This document shows, in pieces, positions 31,850-41,781 of a stretch of 64,000 nucleotides of DNA (its first letter is position 1; every line of letters starts with the position of its first letter). The notes beneath the pieces are model-generated. The model did no database searches, had not been told where the DNA came from, and saw only the letters and a list, made by a program, of their open reading frames with translations. Origin of the DNA: Candidatus Rhodoferax randersensis. GTDB lineage: Bacteria; Pseudomonadota; Gammaproteobacteria; Burkholderiales; Burkholderiaceae_C. Position numbers and translations under genes: made by a program. The DNA lies in the NCBI GenBank assembly GCA_016718155.1, contig JADKEH010000041.1:16512-80511 (forward strand), written 5' to 3'.

Positions 31850-32145
31850 CCCGAGACCTGATACCTTGAACCAGCATCGTCATCGCGAGGCCGCAGGCCG
31901 TGGCGATCCATGTAGCTTGGGGCCATGGATTGCGTCACTTCGTTCGCAATGACGATGGGCTTGCACCCTATCCGACATGGGCTCCTGCCCACCCGACATC
32001 ATGAAAGGGCACCGTCCTTGCGAGGAGCGAAGCGACGTGGCAATCCATGCAGCAAGAAGTCCTGGATTGCGTCACTTCGTTCGCAATGACGCAGGCGGCT
32101 CGCAATGTCGGAGGAACACTCGGAGGGGCGCTCCCAATGACGATG
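31850..32145. repeat. REP-like palindromic repeat cluster 2
   Basis: …CCTTGAACCAGCATCGTCATCGCGAGGCCGCAGGCCGTGGCGATCCATG… plus several further units in both orientations (GGATTGCGTCACTTCGTTCGCAATGACG occurs twice). Confidence 0.9.
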
Positions 32146-32168
32146 TTCTTCCGCGCTAATATCGAAGC

Positions 32169-33509
32169 ATGCCCGCGTACACATTTGAAGCGATCGACTC
32201 CCAAGGCGACACCCGCAAGGGCGTGATGGAGGCCGAGACCGCTAAAGCCGCGCGCGGCCTGTTGCGCGACCAGGCGCTGGTACCGATCCTGGTCGAACCG
32301 GTCAACGCGGGTGCCCCCGGCGCTGGCGGGAGCCAGGGCTCGGGCTTAGGCACGGTGCTGTTCGCCAGCCGTGTCTTCGGCGCCACGGAGTTGGCGATCT
32401 GGACGCGCCAGCTCGCCGGCCTGGTGTCATCGGGCTTGCCGCTGGAACGCGCGCTGACCTCGCTCACCGACGAGGCGGAGGACGAGCGCCAGCGCAATCT
32501 GGTCGCGGCGCTGCGCGCCGAGGTCAATGGCGGAACGCCCTTTGCCAAGGCATTGGCGCAACACCCACGCGAGTTCTCGCCGATCTACACCGCCGTGATT
32601 GGCGCCGGTGAGCAAAGCGGCAACCTCGGGCTGGTGCTGGAGCGGCTGGCCGACGACCTGGAAGAACAACAGACGCTCAAGGCCAAGCTGATCGGCGCGG
32701 CGCTGTACCCCGGCATCGTCACGGTGGTGGCGATTGTGATCGTGGTGTTTCTGGTCAGCTACGTGGTGCCGCAGGTGGCCAACGTGTTTGCCGGCAGCAA
32801 GCGCGCCCTGCCGCTGCTCACTACGCTGATGCTGGGTTTGAGCGCAGCCGTGCGCAACAACGGCTGGCTTATCCTGCTTGCTATTGTTTTTGGAGCATTT
32901 GGTGCACGACTGGCGTGGTCTAGCGCTGGTTTTCGCATGAAATTTGACGCAGCCTGGCTGCGCCTGCCAGTGCTGGGCAAACTCGCGCGCGGCTACAACG
33001 CAGCCCGCTTTGCCAGCACGCTGGCGATGCTGGCCGCCGCTGGCGTGCCGATTCTCAAAGCCTTGCAGGCCGCTGCCGACACCCTGTCGAACCGGGCCAT
33101 GCGCGCCGACGCGCTGGACGCGCTGGTGCTGGTGCGCGAGGGCGCGCCCCTGGCCTCGGCCATGGCGCAAAAGAAGCGCTTTCCCGGCTTGCTGAGCATG
33201 TTTGCCCGCCTGGGTGAACAAACCGGCCAGTTGCCCGCGATGCTGCAACGCGCGGCGCGGCAACTGAGCACCGAAGTGCAGCGCCGCGCCCTGCAGTTGG
33301 CCACCATCCTCGAGCCGCTGCTGATCGTGGCCATGGGCCTGGTGGTGATGCTGATCGTGCTGGCCGTGCTGCTGCCCATCATCCAGCTCAACCAGTTGGT
33401 CAAATATGTACCCCCGCTCGCCCGTGTGCGGGGGTTGCCCGGCGCCGCGGGGGGGGGCGCGCGGGGGGGGGGGGGGGGGGGGGGGGGCCCCACCGGAGAT
33501 TGTCTATGA
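32169..33509 (+). CDS. gspF: Type II secretion system inner-membrane platform protein GspF (last ~30 codons read into a homopolymer block)
   Basis: MPAYTFEAIDSQGDTRKGVMEAETAKAARGLLRDQALVPI… and two T2SS-F domains. Homology ends at …LPIIQLNQLVK (about 33405), after which the ORF continues through G-runs. Confidence 0.85.
   Translation: MPAYTFEAIDSQGDTRKGVMEAETAKAARGLLRDQALVPILVEPVNAGAPGAGGSQGSGLGTVLFASRVFGATELAIWTRQLAGLVSSGLPLERALTSLTDEAEDERQRNLVAALRAEVNGGTPFAKALAQHPREFSPIYTAVIGAGEQSGNLGLVLERLADDLEEQQTLKAKLIGAALYPGIVTVVAIVIVVFLVSYVVPQVANVFAGSKRALPLLTTLMLGLSAAVRNNGWLILLAIVFGAFGARLAWSSAGFRMKFDAAWLRLPVLGKLARGYNAARFASTLAMLAAAGVPILKALQAAADTLSNRAMRADALDALVLVREGAPLASAMAQKKRFPGLLSMFARLGEQTGQLPAMLQRAARQLSTEVQRRALQLATILEPLLIVAMGLVVMLIVLAVLLPIIQLNQLVKYVPPLARVRGLPGAAGGGARGGGGGGGGPTGDCL
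33428..33491. repeat. Low-complexity G/C homopolymer block C
   Basis: …GCGGGGGTTGCCCGGCGCCGCGGGGGGGGGCGCGCGGGG(G~30)CCCC… lies between the homologous end of gspF and the next gene's RBS. Confidence 0.9.
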
Positions 33510-34450
33510 GCGCCACGCTGGACGGCAAACTGGTCGTCGCGATTTCATCGCGCGCCCTGTTCGACTTCGAGCAGGAGAACGAAGTGTTCGAGCAGGGCGA
33601 CGACCGCGCCTATATGCGCTTGCAGCTCTCGCGCCTGGAGCAGCCGGCCAAGCCTGGCGTGGCCTTCTCCATGATCAAGAAGCTGCTGGCCTTCAACACC
33701 AGTTCGGCAAGCCGGATCGCGCTGCCGGGTGAAGCGCCGGCCGAGACGGGACCGCTGTCGCAACCGGTCGAGGTGGTGATCCTGTCACGCAACGACCCGG
33801 TCTCGGGCATGCGCGTGTTTCGCTCGGCCCAGCACTATGGCCTGCCGATTCAGCGCGGCAGTTTCACGCGCGGGCAGCCGCCGTGGCGCTACCTCAAGCC
33901 CTTACACGCCAACCTGTTTTTGTCCGCGCACCTGAGTGATGTACGCGCCGCACTGGAAGCCGGTGTGCCTGCGGCCCAGGTCTACCCGCAGTCTGCCCAC
34001 GCCAGCGACGCGCATCCGCATGAAGTGCGTATTGCCTTCGACGGCGACGCCGTGCTGTTCAGCGACGAGGCCGAACGGGTCTACCAGTCGCACGGGCTGG
34101 ATGCGTTCCAGAAGCACGAGCAGGACAAGGCCAGCCAGCCGCTGCTGGCCGGCCCCTTCAAGCCGCTGCTGCTCGCGCTGCAGCGTCTGCAAAATGAAGG
34201 CACGCCCCGCATGCGTATTCGCACCGCGCTGGTGACCGCCCGCAGTGCACCGGCGCATGAACGCGCGATTCGCACCCTGATGAACTGGAACATCGAGGTG
34301 GACGAAGCGATGTTTCTGGGCGGCCTGGCCAAGGGGGAGTTCCTGCGCGAGTTCGAGCCCGATTTCTTCTTCGACGACCAGACCGGTCACATCGAATCGG
34401 CCGCGCAGCACGTGCCGTCCGGCCACGTTGTCAGCGGCATCAGCAACTGA
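33506..34450 (+). CDS. 5'-nucleotidase family protein (Legionella-type cytosolic 5'-nucleotidase)
   Basis: ATG at 33506, 6 nt after a GGAGA RBS. …KLVVAISSRALFDFEQENEVFEQGDDRAYMRLQ… and …IRIAFDGDAVLFSDEAE… resemble that family. This is from memory, not a search. Confidence 0.7.
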   Translation: MSATLDGKLVVAISSRALFDFEQENEVFEQGDDRAYMRLQLSRLEQPAKPGVAFSMIKKLLAFNTSSASRIALPGEAPAETGPLSQPVEVVILSRNDPVSGMRVFRSAQHYGLPIQRGSFTRGQPPWRYLKPLHANLFLSAHLSDVRAALEAGVPAAQVYPQSAHASDAHPHEVRIAFDGDAVLFSDEAERVYQSHGLDAFQKHEQDKASQPLLAGPFKPLLLALQRLQNEGTPRMRIRTALVTARSAPAHERAIRTLMNWNIEVDEAMFLGGLAKGEFLREFEPDFFFDDQTGHIESAAQHVPSGHVVSGISN

Positions 34451-34474
34451 AGCAAACCGGCTGCTGAAACAAGG

Positions 34475-35179
34475 TCACGCTGCTACAGCGCCAACGTACC
34501 GCTCCCAGCCGCGCGCCCTCAGCGCACAGGCCGGGCAATGCCCACAGCCATAGCCCCAGTCATGCCGCACGCTGCGCTCACCAAGGTAACAGGTGTGGGT
34601 GTGCTCCACGATCAGGTCCACCAAGGCACGCCCGCCCAACTCATGCGCCATGCGCCAAGTGGCGGCTTTGTCGATCCACATCAGCGGGGTCTCGATCAGG
34701 AACCGTTTGTCCATGCCCAGGGACAGCGCCAATTGCATCGCTTTCATGGTGTCATCGCGGCAATCCGGGTAGCCGGAAAAGTCGGTTTCGCACACGCCGG
34801 TGACGATCACCTGCAAGTCGCGCCGGTACGCCACGGCGGCCGCCAGCGTCAGGAACAGCAGATTGCGACCCGGCACAAAGGTATTTGGCAGGCCGCTTTG
34901 CTCCATCTTGAAGGCGGTGTCCCGCGTCAGTGAGGTTTCACTGACCGTGCCAAGAACCGCCAAGTCGAGCAAATGATCCTCGCCCATCTTTGGCGCCCAC
35001 TGGGGGAACTGCTGGCGCATTTGGGCCAGAACTTCCAGACGCGCCAGCAGTTCGACATGGTGGCGCTGGCGGTAATCAAACGCGATCGTCTCGACCCGCT
35101 CGTAACGCTCAAGCGCGTGCGCCAGGCAGGTGGTGGAGTCTTGCCCCCCGGAAAAGAGAACCAGTGCGGTAGTGTGCAT
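34475..35179 (-). CDS. queC: 7-cyano-7-deazaguanine synthase QueC
   Basis: 234 aa from the ATG at 35179. PP-loop [14 protein letters not shown] and C-terminal zinc site CYLGE…GCGHCPAC. The longer ORF (to 35524) is poly-Pro read-through of block D. Confidence 0.92.
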   Translation of the reverse strand: MHTTALVLFSGGQDSTTCLAHALERYERVETIAFDYRQRHHVELLARLEVLAQMRQQFPQWAPKMGEDHLLDLAVLGTVSETSLTRDTAFKMEQSGLPNTFVPGRNLLFLTLAAAVAYRRDLQVIVTGVCETDFSGYPDCRDDTMKAMQLALSLGMDKRFLIETPLMWIDKAATWRMAHELGGRALVDLIVEHTHTCYLGERSVRHDWGYGCGHCPACALRARGWERYVGAVAA

Positions 35180-35225
35180 ACCCCAATGGTAGTGGCAGCC
35201 GTTTAACACAACCCATTGGCCCGCG

Positions 35226-35445
<220 letters not shown>

Positions 35446-35525
35446 CCAGGCCCGCCGTTGGCGCTGGACCCCTGTTCAGTTGCGGCCAGAGCTTGCGGCT
35501 GCGCCGCTGCGGTCTGTCCCGCACG

Positions 35526-36008
35526 CTATAGGTTTTGCGTCTTGCTGACCTTGCTGGGGGTGTAGGTCAGCTCTTCCTTGGCCAATTGGCCGGGCGTGGC
35601 GTTCGGGTTCAGGTTCAGGTTCTGGCTCTGCGCCTGCGCAACTTCCACCACGGTGCCACTGGCGCGCCACATCGATTGCAAAAATTCCAGCATCAGTTGC
35701 GAAATGGGCATCGGCGGCGGGTCCTCGACCTTTTCGGGTTCGGGCCGGCGGATGGTCCAATCCCGCTCCACCTCGCCAGCGCGCGAGCCGGGCTGCGCCG
35801 GATCGACCTTGGGACGGTACACCGACTCGGCGGCTTGGCTGGACTGCACCTGCCCCAGCTCACTGATGTTGAGAATGACGCTTGGCGAGACGACTGCCAC
35901 AGCCGGATTGACCGGCGCCACCGGCACCACACTGGCCGGCAACGACGAGGCAATGTCGGCGCCCGTGGGCTGCAGACTTGCTGATCGATCGATGGTGGGC
36001 AAATGCAT
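35526..36008 (-). CDS. Hypothetical protein (no family recognised)
   Basis: 160-aa ORF with strongly GC-biased third codon positions like neighbouring genes. Preceded by an AT-rich 250-bp intergenic region. No motif recognised. Confidence 0.45.
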   Translation of the reverse strand: MHLPTIDRSASLQPTGADIASSLPASVVPVAPVNPAVAVVSPSVILNISELGQVQSSQAAESVYRPKVDPAQPGSRAGEVERDWTIRRPEPEKVEDPPPMPISQLMLEFLQSMWRASGTVVEVAQAQSQNLNLNPNATPGQLAKEELTYTPSKVSKTQNL

Positions 36009-36261
36009 TTTGTTTACAGATCACAGACTGGGTCTGGGGCTCTACTCCATGTACGTAAAGTTCTTAACGGCAGATTTAGGGGGTGATTTAGGGTTATTTC
36101 TGAAAAAACTTGAAATATTTCGTAGATTTGTTAGGGACCTGGTGCCATCCTGACCTAGGTCATGCACCGCCCACACTTGGCATTGACGTTTGCGGGTCCC
36201 GGTTTGATACTGTTACTGGTGATATCCCCAGCAGTACCAGCTAACCACCGGAGCAACCAGC

Positions 36262-37380
36262 GTGTCTGATCTAGCCTTGCCCAAAACAAGTCATTTGCAC
36301 CTCTATCTGACATCCATGGTCGAGCGTCAGGCGTCCGACTTGTTTCTGACGGTCGGCGCGCCGCCATCGATCAAGGTTCAGGGCCAGACGCAGCCACTGC
36401 CCTTGCCGCCCTTGCGCGCGGAGGAAGTCCAGGCGCTGACCGCATCGCTCCTGAACGAGTCCCAGGCCAGCCGCTTCGAGGAAGAGATGGAGTGCGACCT
36501 GGCCTGCGTGGTGGCCGATCTGGGGCGCTTTCGCTTCAACGTCTATCGCCAACGTGGCGAGCTCGCCATCGTGGCCCGCCATATCCAGTCCCGGCTGCCG
36601 TCGGTGGAGCAACTCCACATGCCGGCGATTCTGGAAACACTGGCCCTGTACAAGCGCGGCCTGGTGCTGATCGTGGGCGCCGCCGGCTCCGGCAAGTCGA
36701 CCACCCTGGCCGCGATGCTGGACTATCGAAACATGAACCAGTCAGGCCATATCCTGACGATCGAGGACCCGATTGAATTCGTGCACAGCCACAAGAAGTC
36801 GATCGTGAGCCAGCGCGAGGTGGGTGTGGACACCCAGTCCTTCGACCAGGCCCTGCGCCACGCGATGCGGGAGGCGCCCGACGTCATCATGATCGGTGAA
36901 CTGCGCGACCGGTTGACGGTTCAACACGCCATCAACTACGCCGAGACCGGCCACCTGTGTCTGTCCACGCTGCACGCCAACAACGCCCACCAGGCCATTG
37001 AGCGCATCGTCAACTTCTTTCCTGAAGATGCGCACCGGCGGGTCCAACTGGACCTGTCCCTCAACCTGCATGCGGTGGTGGCGCAGCGGCTGATCCAGGG
37101 CGTTGACAACCAACGCATGCCTGCCACCGAAGTGATGCTGCGCTCGCCCTATGTTGCTGACCTGGTCAACAAGGGCCAGATTGACCAACTGCGCGGCGTC
37201 ATCGCCAAGAGCAACGACATCGGCATGCACACCTTCGATCAATCCCTGTTCAAGCTGTTTGCCGATGGCCTGATCACACTGGAGCAGGCGATTGACAACG
37301 CCGATTCCAGAACCGACCTGTCGGTGCGTTTTCGCATCGAACTCGGCGCCACGCTGGAGCCGACCGGCCTACGCTACTAG
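36262..37380 (+). CDS. pilU: PilT/PilU-family type IV pilus retraction ATPase (PilU-like)
   Basis: 372 aa. …MVERQASDLFLTVGAPPSIKVQG…, Walker A GAAGSGKSTT, …IMIGELRD…, …TGHLCLSTLHANNAHQAIERIVNFFP… is collinear with PilU. Confidence 0.82.
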   Translation: MSDLALPKTSHLHLYLTSMVERQASDLFLTVGAPPSIKVQGQTQPLPLPPLRAEEVQALTASLLNESQASRFEEEMECDLACVVADLGRFRFNVYRQRGELAIVARHIQSRLPSVEQLHMPAILETLALYKRGLVLIVGAAGSGKSTTLAAMLDYRNMNQSGHILTIEDPIEFVHSHKKSIVSQREVGVDTQSFDQALRHAMREAPDVIMIGELRDRLTVQHAINYAETGHLCLSTLHANNAHQAIERIVNFFPEDAHRRVQLDLSLNLHAVVAQRLIQGVDNQRMPATEVMLRSPYVADLVNKGQIDQLRGVIAKSNDIGMHTFDQSLFKLFADGLITLEQAIDNADSRTDLSVRFRIELGATLEPTGLRY

Positions 37381-37432
37381 CGCGTGGCGCCGAACAACTT
37401 GTGCCTAACTCAATTTTCTGGGAGAAGTAACC

Positions 37433-37729
37433 ATGCCAGAGCAAGACCTGCGGATACACCGCGCGACGGTACTCAAGCTGGTGGAGTTGGACCCGCAAGA
37501 GGTCGTCCATGGCACGCGCGCGCCCGGTGGTCTGGTGGCGCCCGATGTCACGCTGGCGGGCACCATGCGGGAAACCTGTCCCCACTGCCGGATGCCCCTG
37601 CAATTGGTGCTGCGCTACAAGCACGTCATCCGCTCGCACTTGTTCTGCGCGCAATGCACCCGCTGCTTTGACGCCCTGCACCTCGACGGTCACTCGGCCC
37701 TGGTCTTTGCCGGTTTGTCGATCGATTGA
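37433..37729 (+). CDS. Hypothetical small CxxC…CxxC (zinc-ribbon-like) protein
   Basis: 98 aa with a GGGAGA RBS and GC-rich third positions. Contains CPHC-N18-CAQC. Its last ~18 codons lie in the 87-bp repeat that recurs at 39674. Confidence 0.4.
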   Translation: MPEQDLRIHRATVLKLVELDPQEVVHGTRAPGGLVAPDVTLAGTMRETCPHCRMPLQLVLRYKHVIRSHLFCAQCTRCFDALHLDGHSALVFAGLSID

Positions 37730-37760
37730 ACAGTTCTGGCAAGGCCGTCCCCTACGTGGC
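37674..37760 (+). repeat. 87-bp direct repeat, copy 1 (partner at 39674-39760)
   Basis: CCTGCACCTCGACGGTCACTCGGCCCTGGTCTTTGCCGGTTTGTCGATCGATTGAACAGTTCTGGCAAGGCCGTCCCCTACGTGGC recurs with 4 mismatches exactly 2000 bp downstream. Confidence 0.9.
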
Positions 37761-37769
37761 CGCTTCCCT

Positions 37770-39173
37770 ATGGCAAACCCAGCACCCGTCGTCTTTGATT
37801 CCCTGCACAGCGGCGCGGCGGCCATGGACGTGCTGGCCACCGATCGGTCCACGCCAGCGGCGCTCGCCACGCAACAACGCAAGCGCCTGACCAGGCTGCT
37901 GCAAGCAGCCCTGCAGAACTCGCCGCTGTACCGCGAGCGACTGCGCGGCGTCTCGCCCGCGAGTGTGCGCCTGGACACCTTGCCGGTTGTCACCAAGGAA
38001 GTGCTGATGCAGCGCTTTGACGAATGGGTGTGCGACCCGCAGCTCAAGCTGGCCGAGCTGCGCGCCTTCACCGCCGACCCGCGCCGCATTGCCGAACCCT
38101 ACTTGGGCAAGTACGTGGCCTGGGAAAGCTCCGGCACCAGTGGCCAACCCGGTGTGTTCGTGCAGGACGCCCAGGCCATGGCCACCTATGACGCGCTGGA
38201 GGCCCTGCGGCGCAGCGCACCGCAGCCGCTGCAGCGCTGGATCGACCCGCTGTACATGACCGAGCGAATCGCCTTTGTGGGGGCCACCACCGGCCACTTT
38301 GCCAGCTATGTGTCGATCCTGCGCCTGTGCCAGCTCAACCCCTGGGCGGCACGGGCCATGCGCAGTTTCTCCATTCTGCAATCCACCGCATCGTTGACCG
38401 ATGCACTCAACGACTATGCGCCCACCATCATTTCCACCTACCCGACCGTGGCGGCCCTGCTGGCCGACGAAGCGGCCCGCGGAGCGCTGGTGCACCACCC
38501 GCGCGAGGTCTGGACCGGCGGCGAGACTTTGACACCGGGGGTTCGCAAATGGGTCGAAAAATCCCTGAACTGCGCGGTACGCAACAGCTACGGCGCCTCG
38601 GAGTTTCTGACCATCGGCTGGGAATGCGGCCAGGGCCACCTGCACGCCAACACCGACTGGCTGATTCTGGAGCCGGTCGATCAGAAGGGGCACCCGGTTG
38701 CCCCCGGCGAGCCCTCGCACACCACCTTGCTGACCAATCTGGTCAACACCGTGCAACCGCTGATCCGCTACGACCTGGGTGACCAGATCACCTTTGGCCG
38801 ACAGCGCTGTGCCTGCGGTTCACCCCTGCCGGTGATCGAGGTGGCCGGCCGGCATGACGACCCGCTGAACATGCTCGACCGGGACGGACGACCCGTCACC
38901 CTGTTGCCCCTGGCGCTGACCACGGCACTGGAGGATCAGGCCGCCGTGTTCGAATTTCAGTTGCTCCAGGTCGATGGCCACACCCTGGAGTTGCGCCTGC
39001 CCCAAAGCGGGCCTGCGGCGGCGGCGGCATTGGCGCGCTGCCGCCACGTGTTGCGAGGCTTGGCCCAACAGCACGGCTTGGCTCCGATCAAACTGATCGG
39101 CAAATGCGGCGTCACCCTTGCGCGTGGCCGCAGCGGCAAGGTGCAACGCGTGGTGGCCCGACTGAAACCGTAA
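37770..39173 (+). CDS. Adenylate-forming enzyme, phenylacetate-CoA ligase / F390-synthetase (CapK-like) family
   Basis: 467 aa from the ATG at 37770. P-loop-like WESSGTSGQPGVF, …NSYGASE…, and a C-terminal …GRSGKVQRVV lysine motif. Confidence 0.7.
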   Translation: MANPAPVVFDSLHSGAAAMDVLATDRSTPAALATQQRKRLTRLLQAALQNSPLYRERLRGVSPASVRLDTLPVVTKEVLMQRFDEWVCDPQLKLAELRAFTADPRRIAEPYLGKYVAWESSGTSGQPGVFVQDAQAMATYDALEALRRSAPQPLQRWIDPLYMTERIAFVGATTGHFASYVSILRLCQLNPWAARAMRSFSILQSTASLTDALNDYAPTIISTYPTVAALLADEAARGALVHHPREVWTGGETLTPGVRKWVEKSLNCAVRNSYGASEFLTIGWECGQGHLHANTDWLILEPVDQKGHPVAPGEPSHTTLLTNLVNTVQPLIRYDLGDQITFGRQRCACGSPLPVIEVAGRHDDPLNMLDRDGRPVTLLPLALTTALEDQAAVFEFQLLQVDGHTLELRLPQSGPAAAAALARCRHVLRGLAQQHGLAPIKLIGKCGVTLARGRSGKVQRVVARLKP

Positions 39174-39218
39174 ATGGGCCCTGTGCGGGTCAGTACCAGT
39201 GCTTGACGTGAAAGAACA

Positions 39219-39438
39219 TCGTCATTGCGAACGAAGTGAAGATGCGATGTCCCCCCGTACCCCGTCATTGCGAACGTAGTGAAGCAATCCATGGCCCCAG
39301 CATCCATGGATCGCCACGCTTCGCTCGCGATGACGAAACAAAGGGGCCCCGCGATGACGAGAGCGGCTTCGCGATGACGATGCTGGTTCAAGGTCCGAGC
39401 GCGGTGTCGGCCAGGATTCGAGGGGCTTGCAATGACGG
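39219..39438. repeat. REP-like palindromic repeat cluster 3
   Basis: GTCATTGCGAACGAAGTGAAG…, CGTCATTGCGAACGTAGTGAAGCAATCCATGG…CATGGATCGCCACGCTTCGCTCGCGATGACG. The 3' part is the inverted copy of the composite element seen at 17809-17880. Confidence 0.9.
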
Positions 39439-39479
39439 TGCCTTTTCCTGATCACACACCGGCCATGGCCACCGGAATG

Positions 39480-39672
39480 CGCCGACGCCTATGGCGCCGA
39501 CCACACCTACATCGAAGCCGAGAAGCAGGCCCAGCTCAAGACCATCCGCACATCCGCCAGCGCCGCGTCCAGTACACGCCGGTACGCGCCCCGATTGATC
39601 CTCGCGGGCGGATTGTGATCGTGGTCGATGACGGCCTGGCCACCGGCGCGACGATGATCTCGGCGCTGCACG
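39480..39672 (+). pseudogene. Phosphoribosyltransferase gene fragment (truncated at both ends, internally frameshifted)
   Basis: …IDPRGRIVIVVDDGLATGATMISAL… is the PRPP-binding loop of type I PRTases. The upstream part (…YIEAEKQAQLKTI…) is in another frame. No start and no C-terminal half. Confidence 0.45.
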
Positions 39673-39673
39673 G

Positions 39674-39850
39674 CCTGCACCTCGACGGTCACTCGGCCCT
39701 GGTCTTTGCCCGTTTGTCGATCGATTGAACAGGTCTGGCAAGGCCGTTCCCTACGTGGGCTGGAAAAGCTCCGGCACCACCGGCCATGCGCAGTTTCTCC
39801 ATCCTGCATGAAGCCATCAATGAGCCCTGTGCGGGTCAGTACCAGTGCTT
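39674..39850 (+). repeat. Deletion-scarred relic of a second copy of the 37674-39205 locus
   Basis: Concatenates look-alikes of 37674-37760, 38112-38147 (…TACGTGG·CTGG·AAAGCTCCGGCACCA…), 38352-38380 (GGCCATGCGCAGTTTCTCCAT·CTGCA) and 39172-39205 (…GCCCTGTGCGGGTCAGTACCAGTGCTT). Junctions are at short microhomologies. Confidence 0.8.
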
Positions 39851-40158
39851 AGCCACGCCGGAATGTCGCGTTGTCCATGCAAGACGCGCCAGACATCAAT
39901 GTGGTCGTCCCGCTCCATGTAGAACACCAGATGCGGGTAACGCGTCAGCGACCAGGAGCGCAAACCTGGAAGATTCAACGCGTGGGCGTAACGGGGTGAG
40001 CCAGTGGCTGGATGGCGGCTGATGTGCTGGTAGGCCTGCTGCAGCGCATCAACGAACCCCAGCGCGGCTTGCTCAGCCTGTTCGCCCAGATAGTACGCAA
40101 TGGCCTCGTCCACATCCCGGTTTGCAAGTTCACGTGGGACGATGGGCTTGGCCTTCAT
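39817..40158 (-). CDS. parE: ParE/RelE-family toxin
   Basis: 113 aa. …ANRDVDEAIAYYLGEQAEQAALGFVDALQQAYQHISRHPATGSPRYAH…LRSWSLTRYPHLVFYMERDDHIDVWRVLHGQRDIPAWL is ParE-like. Overlaps the antitoxin stop. Confidence 0.82.
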   Translation of the reverse strand: MKAKPIVPRELANRDVDEAIAYYLGEQAEQAALGFVDALQQAYQHISRHPATGSPRYAHALNLPGLRSWSLTRYPHLVFYMERDDHIDVWRVLHGQRDIPAWLSTGTDPHRAH

Positions 40159-40394
40159 CCCCGAGGGCGCTTCTGAACGCGCTCACGCAGGGTCGTGAAA
40201 TAGCCAGCATCGGCAGGCGCCGCGGGAGTCGAGGCCGCACCCTGGAGTAGCAGGTTGCGCAAACGCAAGTGATCCGCATCCTTGCGGATCAATTCACGCA
40301 CGTACTCACTGCTGGTGCCGTAGCCGCGTTGGGTGACCTGCTCATCCACGAAGGACTTGAGCGAGTCAGGCAGGGAGATGTTCATGGTGCTCAT
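40155..40394 (-). CDS. parD: ParD/CopG (ribbon-helix-helix) antitoxin
   Basis: 79 aa. MSTMNISLPDSLKSFVDEQVTQRGYGTSSEYVRELIRKD is the ParD4-type RHH N-terminus. Confidence 0.82.
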   Translation of the reverse strand: MSTMNISLPDSLKSFVDEQVTQRGYGTSSEYVRELIRKDADHLRLRNLLLQGAASTPAAPADAGYFTTLRERVQKRPRG

Positions 40395-40439
40395 GGAGAC
40401 ATTTTACAAACGTTTGGCAAAATTTGGCAAAGCAGCGTT

Positions 40440-41522
<1,083 letters not shown>

Positions 41523-41559
41523 GGCTCCTTGGCGTACCTATGGAGATTTTCGGAATTCA

Positions 41560-41770
41560 TGACAACGCTTCGTCATTGCGCAGCGCTGCCGTCATTGCGA
41601 GCGCAGCGCGGCAATCCATTTCGTCATCGCGAGCGCAGCGTACCAATCCACTTCGTCATCGCGAGCGCAGCGCGGCGATCCATGGATTCAGGAGTCATGG
41701 ATCGCCACGCTGCGCTCGCGATGACGAAGCAAAGGGGCTCGCAATGACGGCGCTCGCAATGACGGCAGCG
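41560..41770. repeat. REP-like palindromic repeat cluster 4
   Basis: At least six units, e.g. CGTCATTGCGCAGCGCTGCCGTCATTGCGAGCGCAGCGCGGCAATCCAT… and …CATGGATCGCCACGCTGCGCTCGCGATGACG. Confidence 0.9.
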
Positions 41771-41781
41771 CCGCAGTGCGT

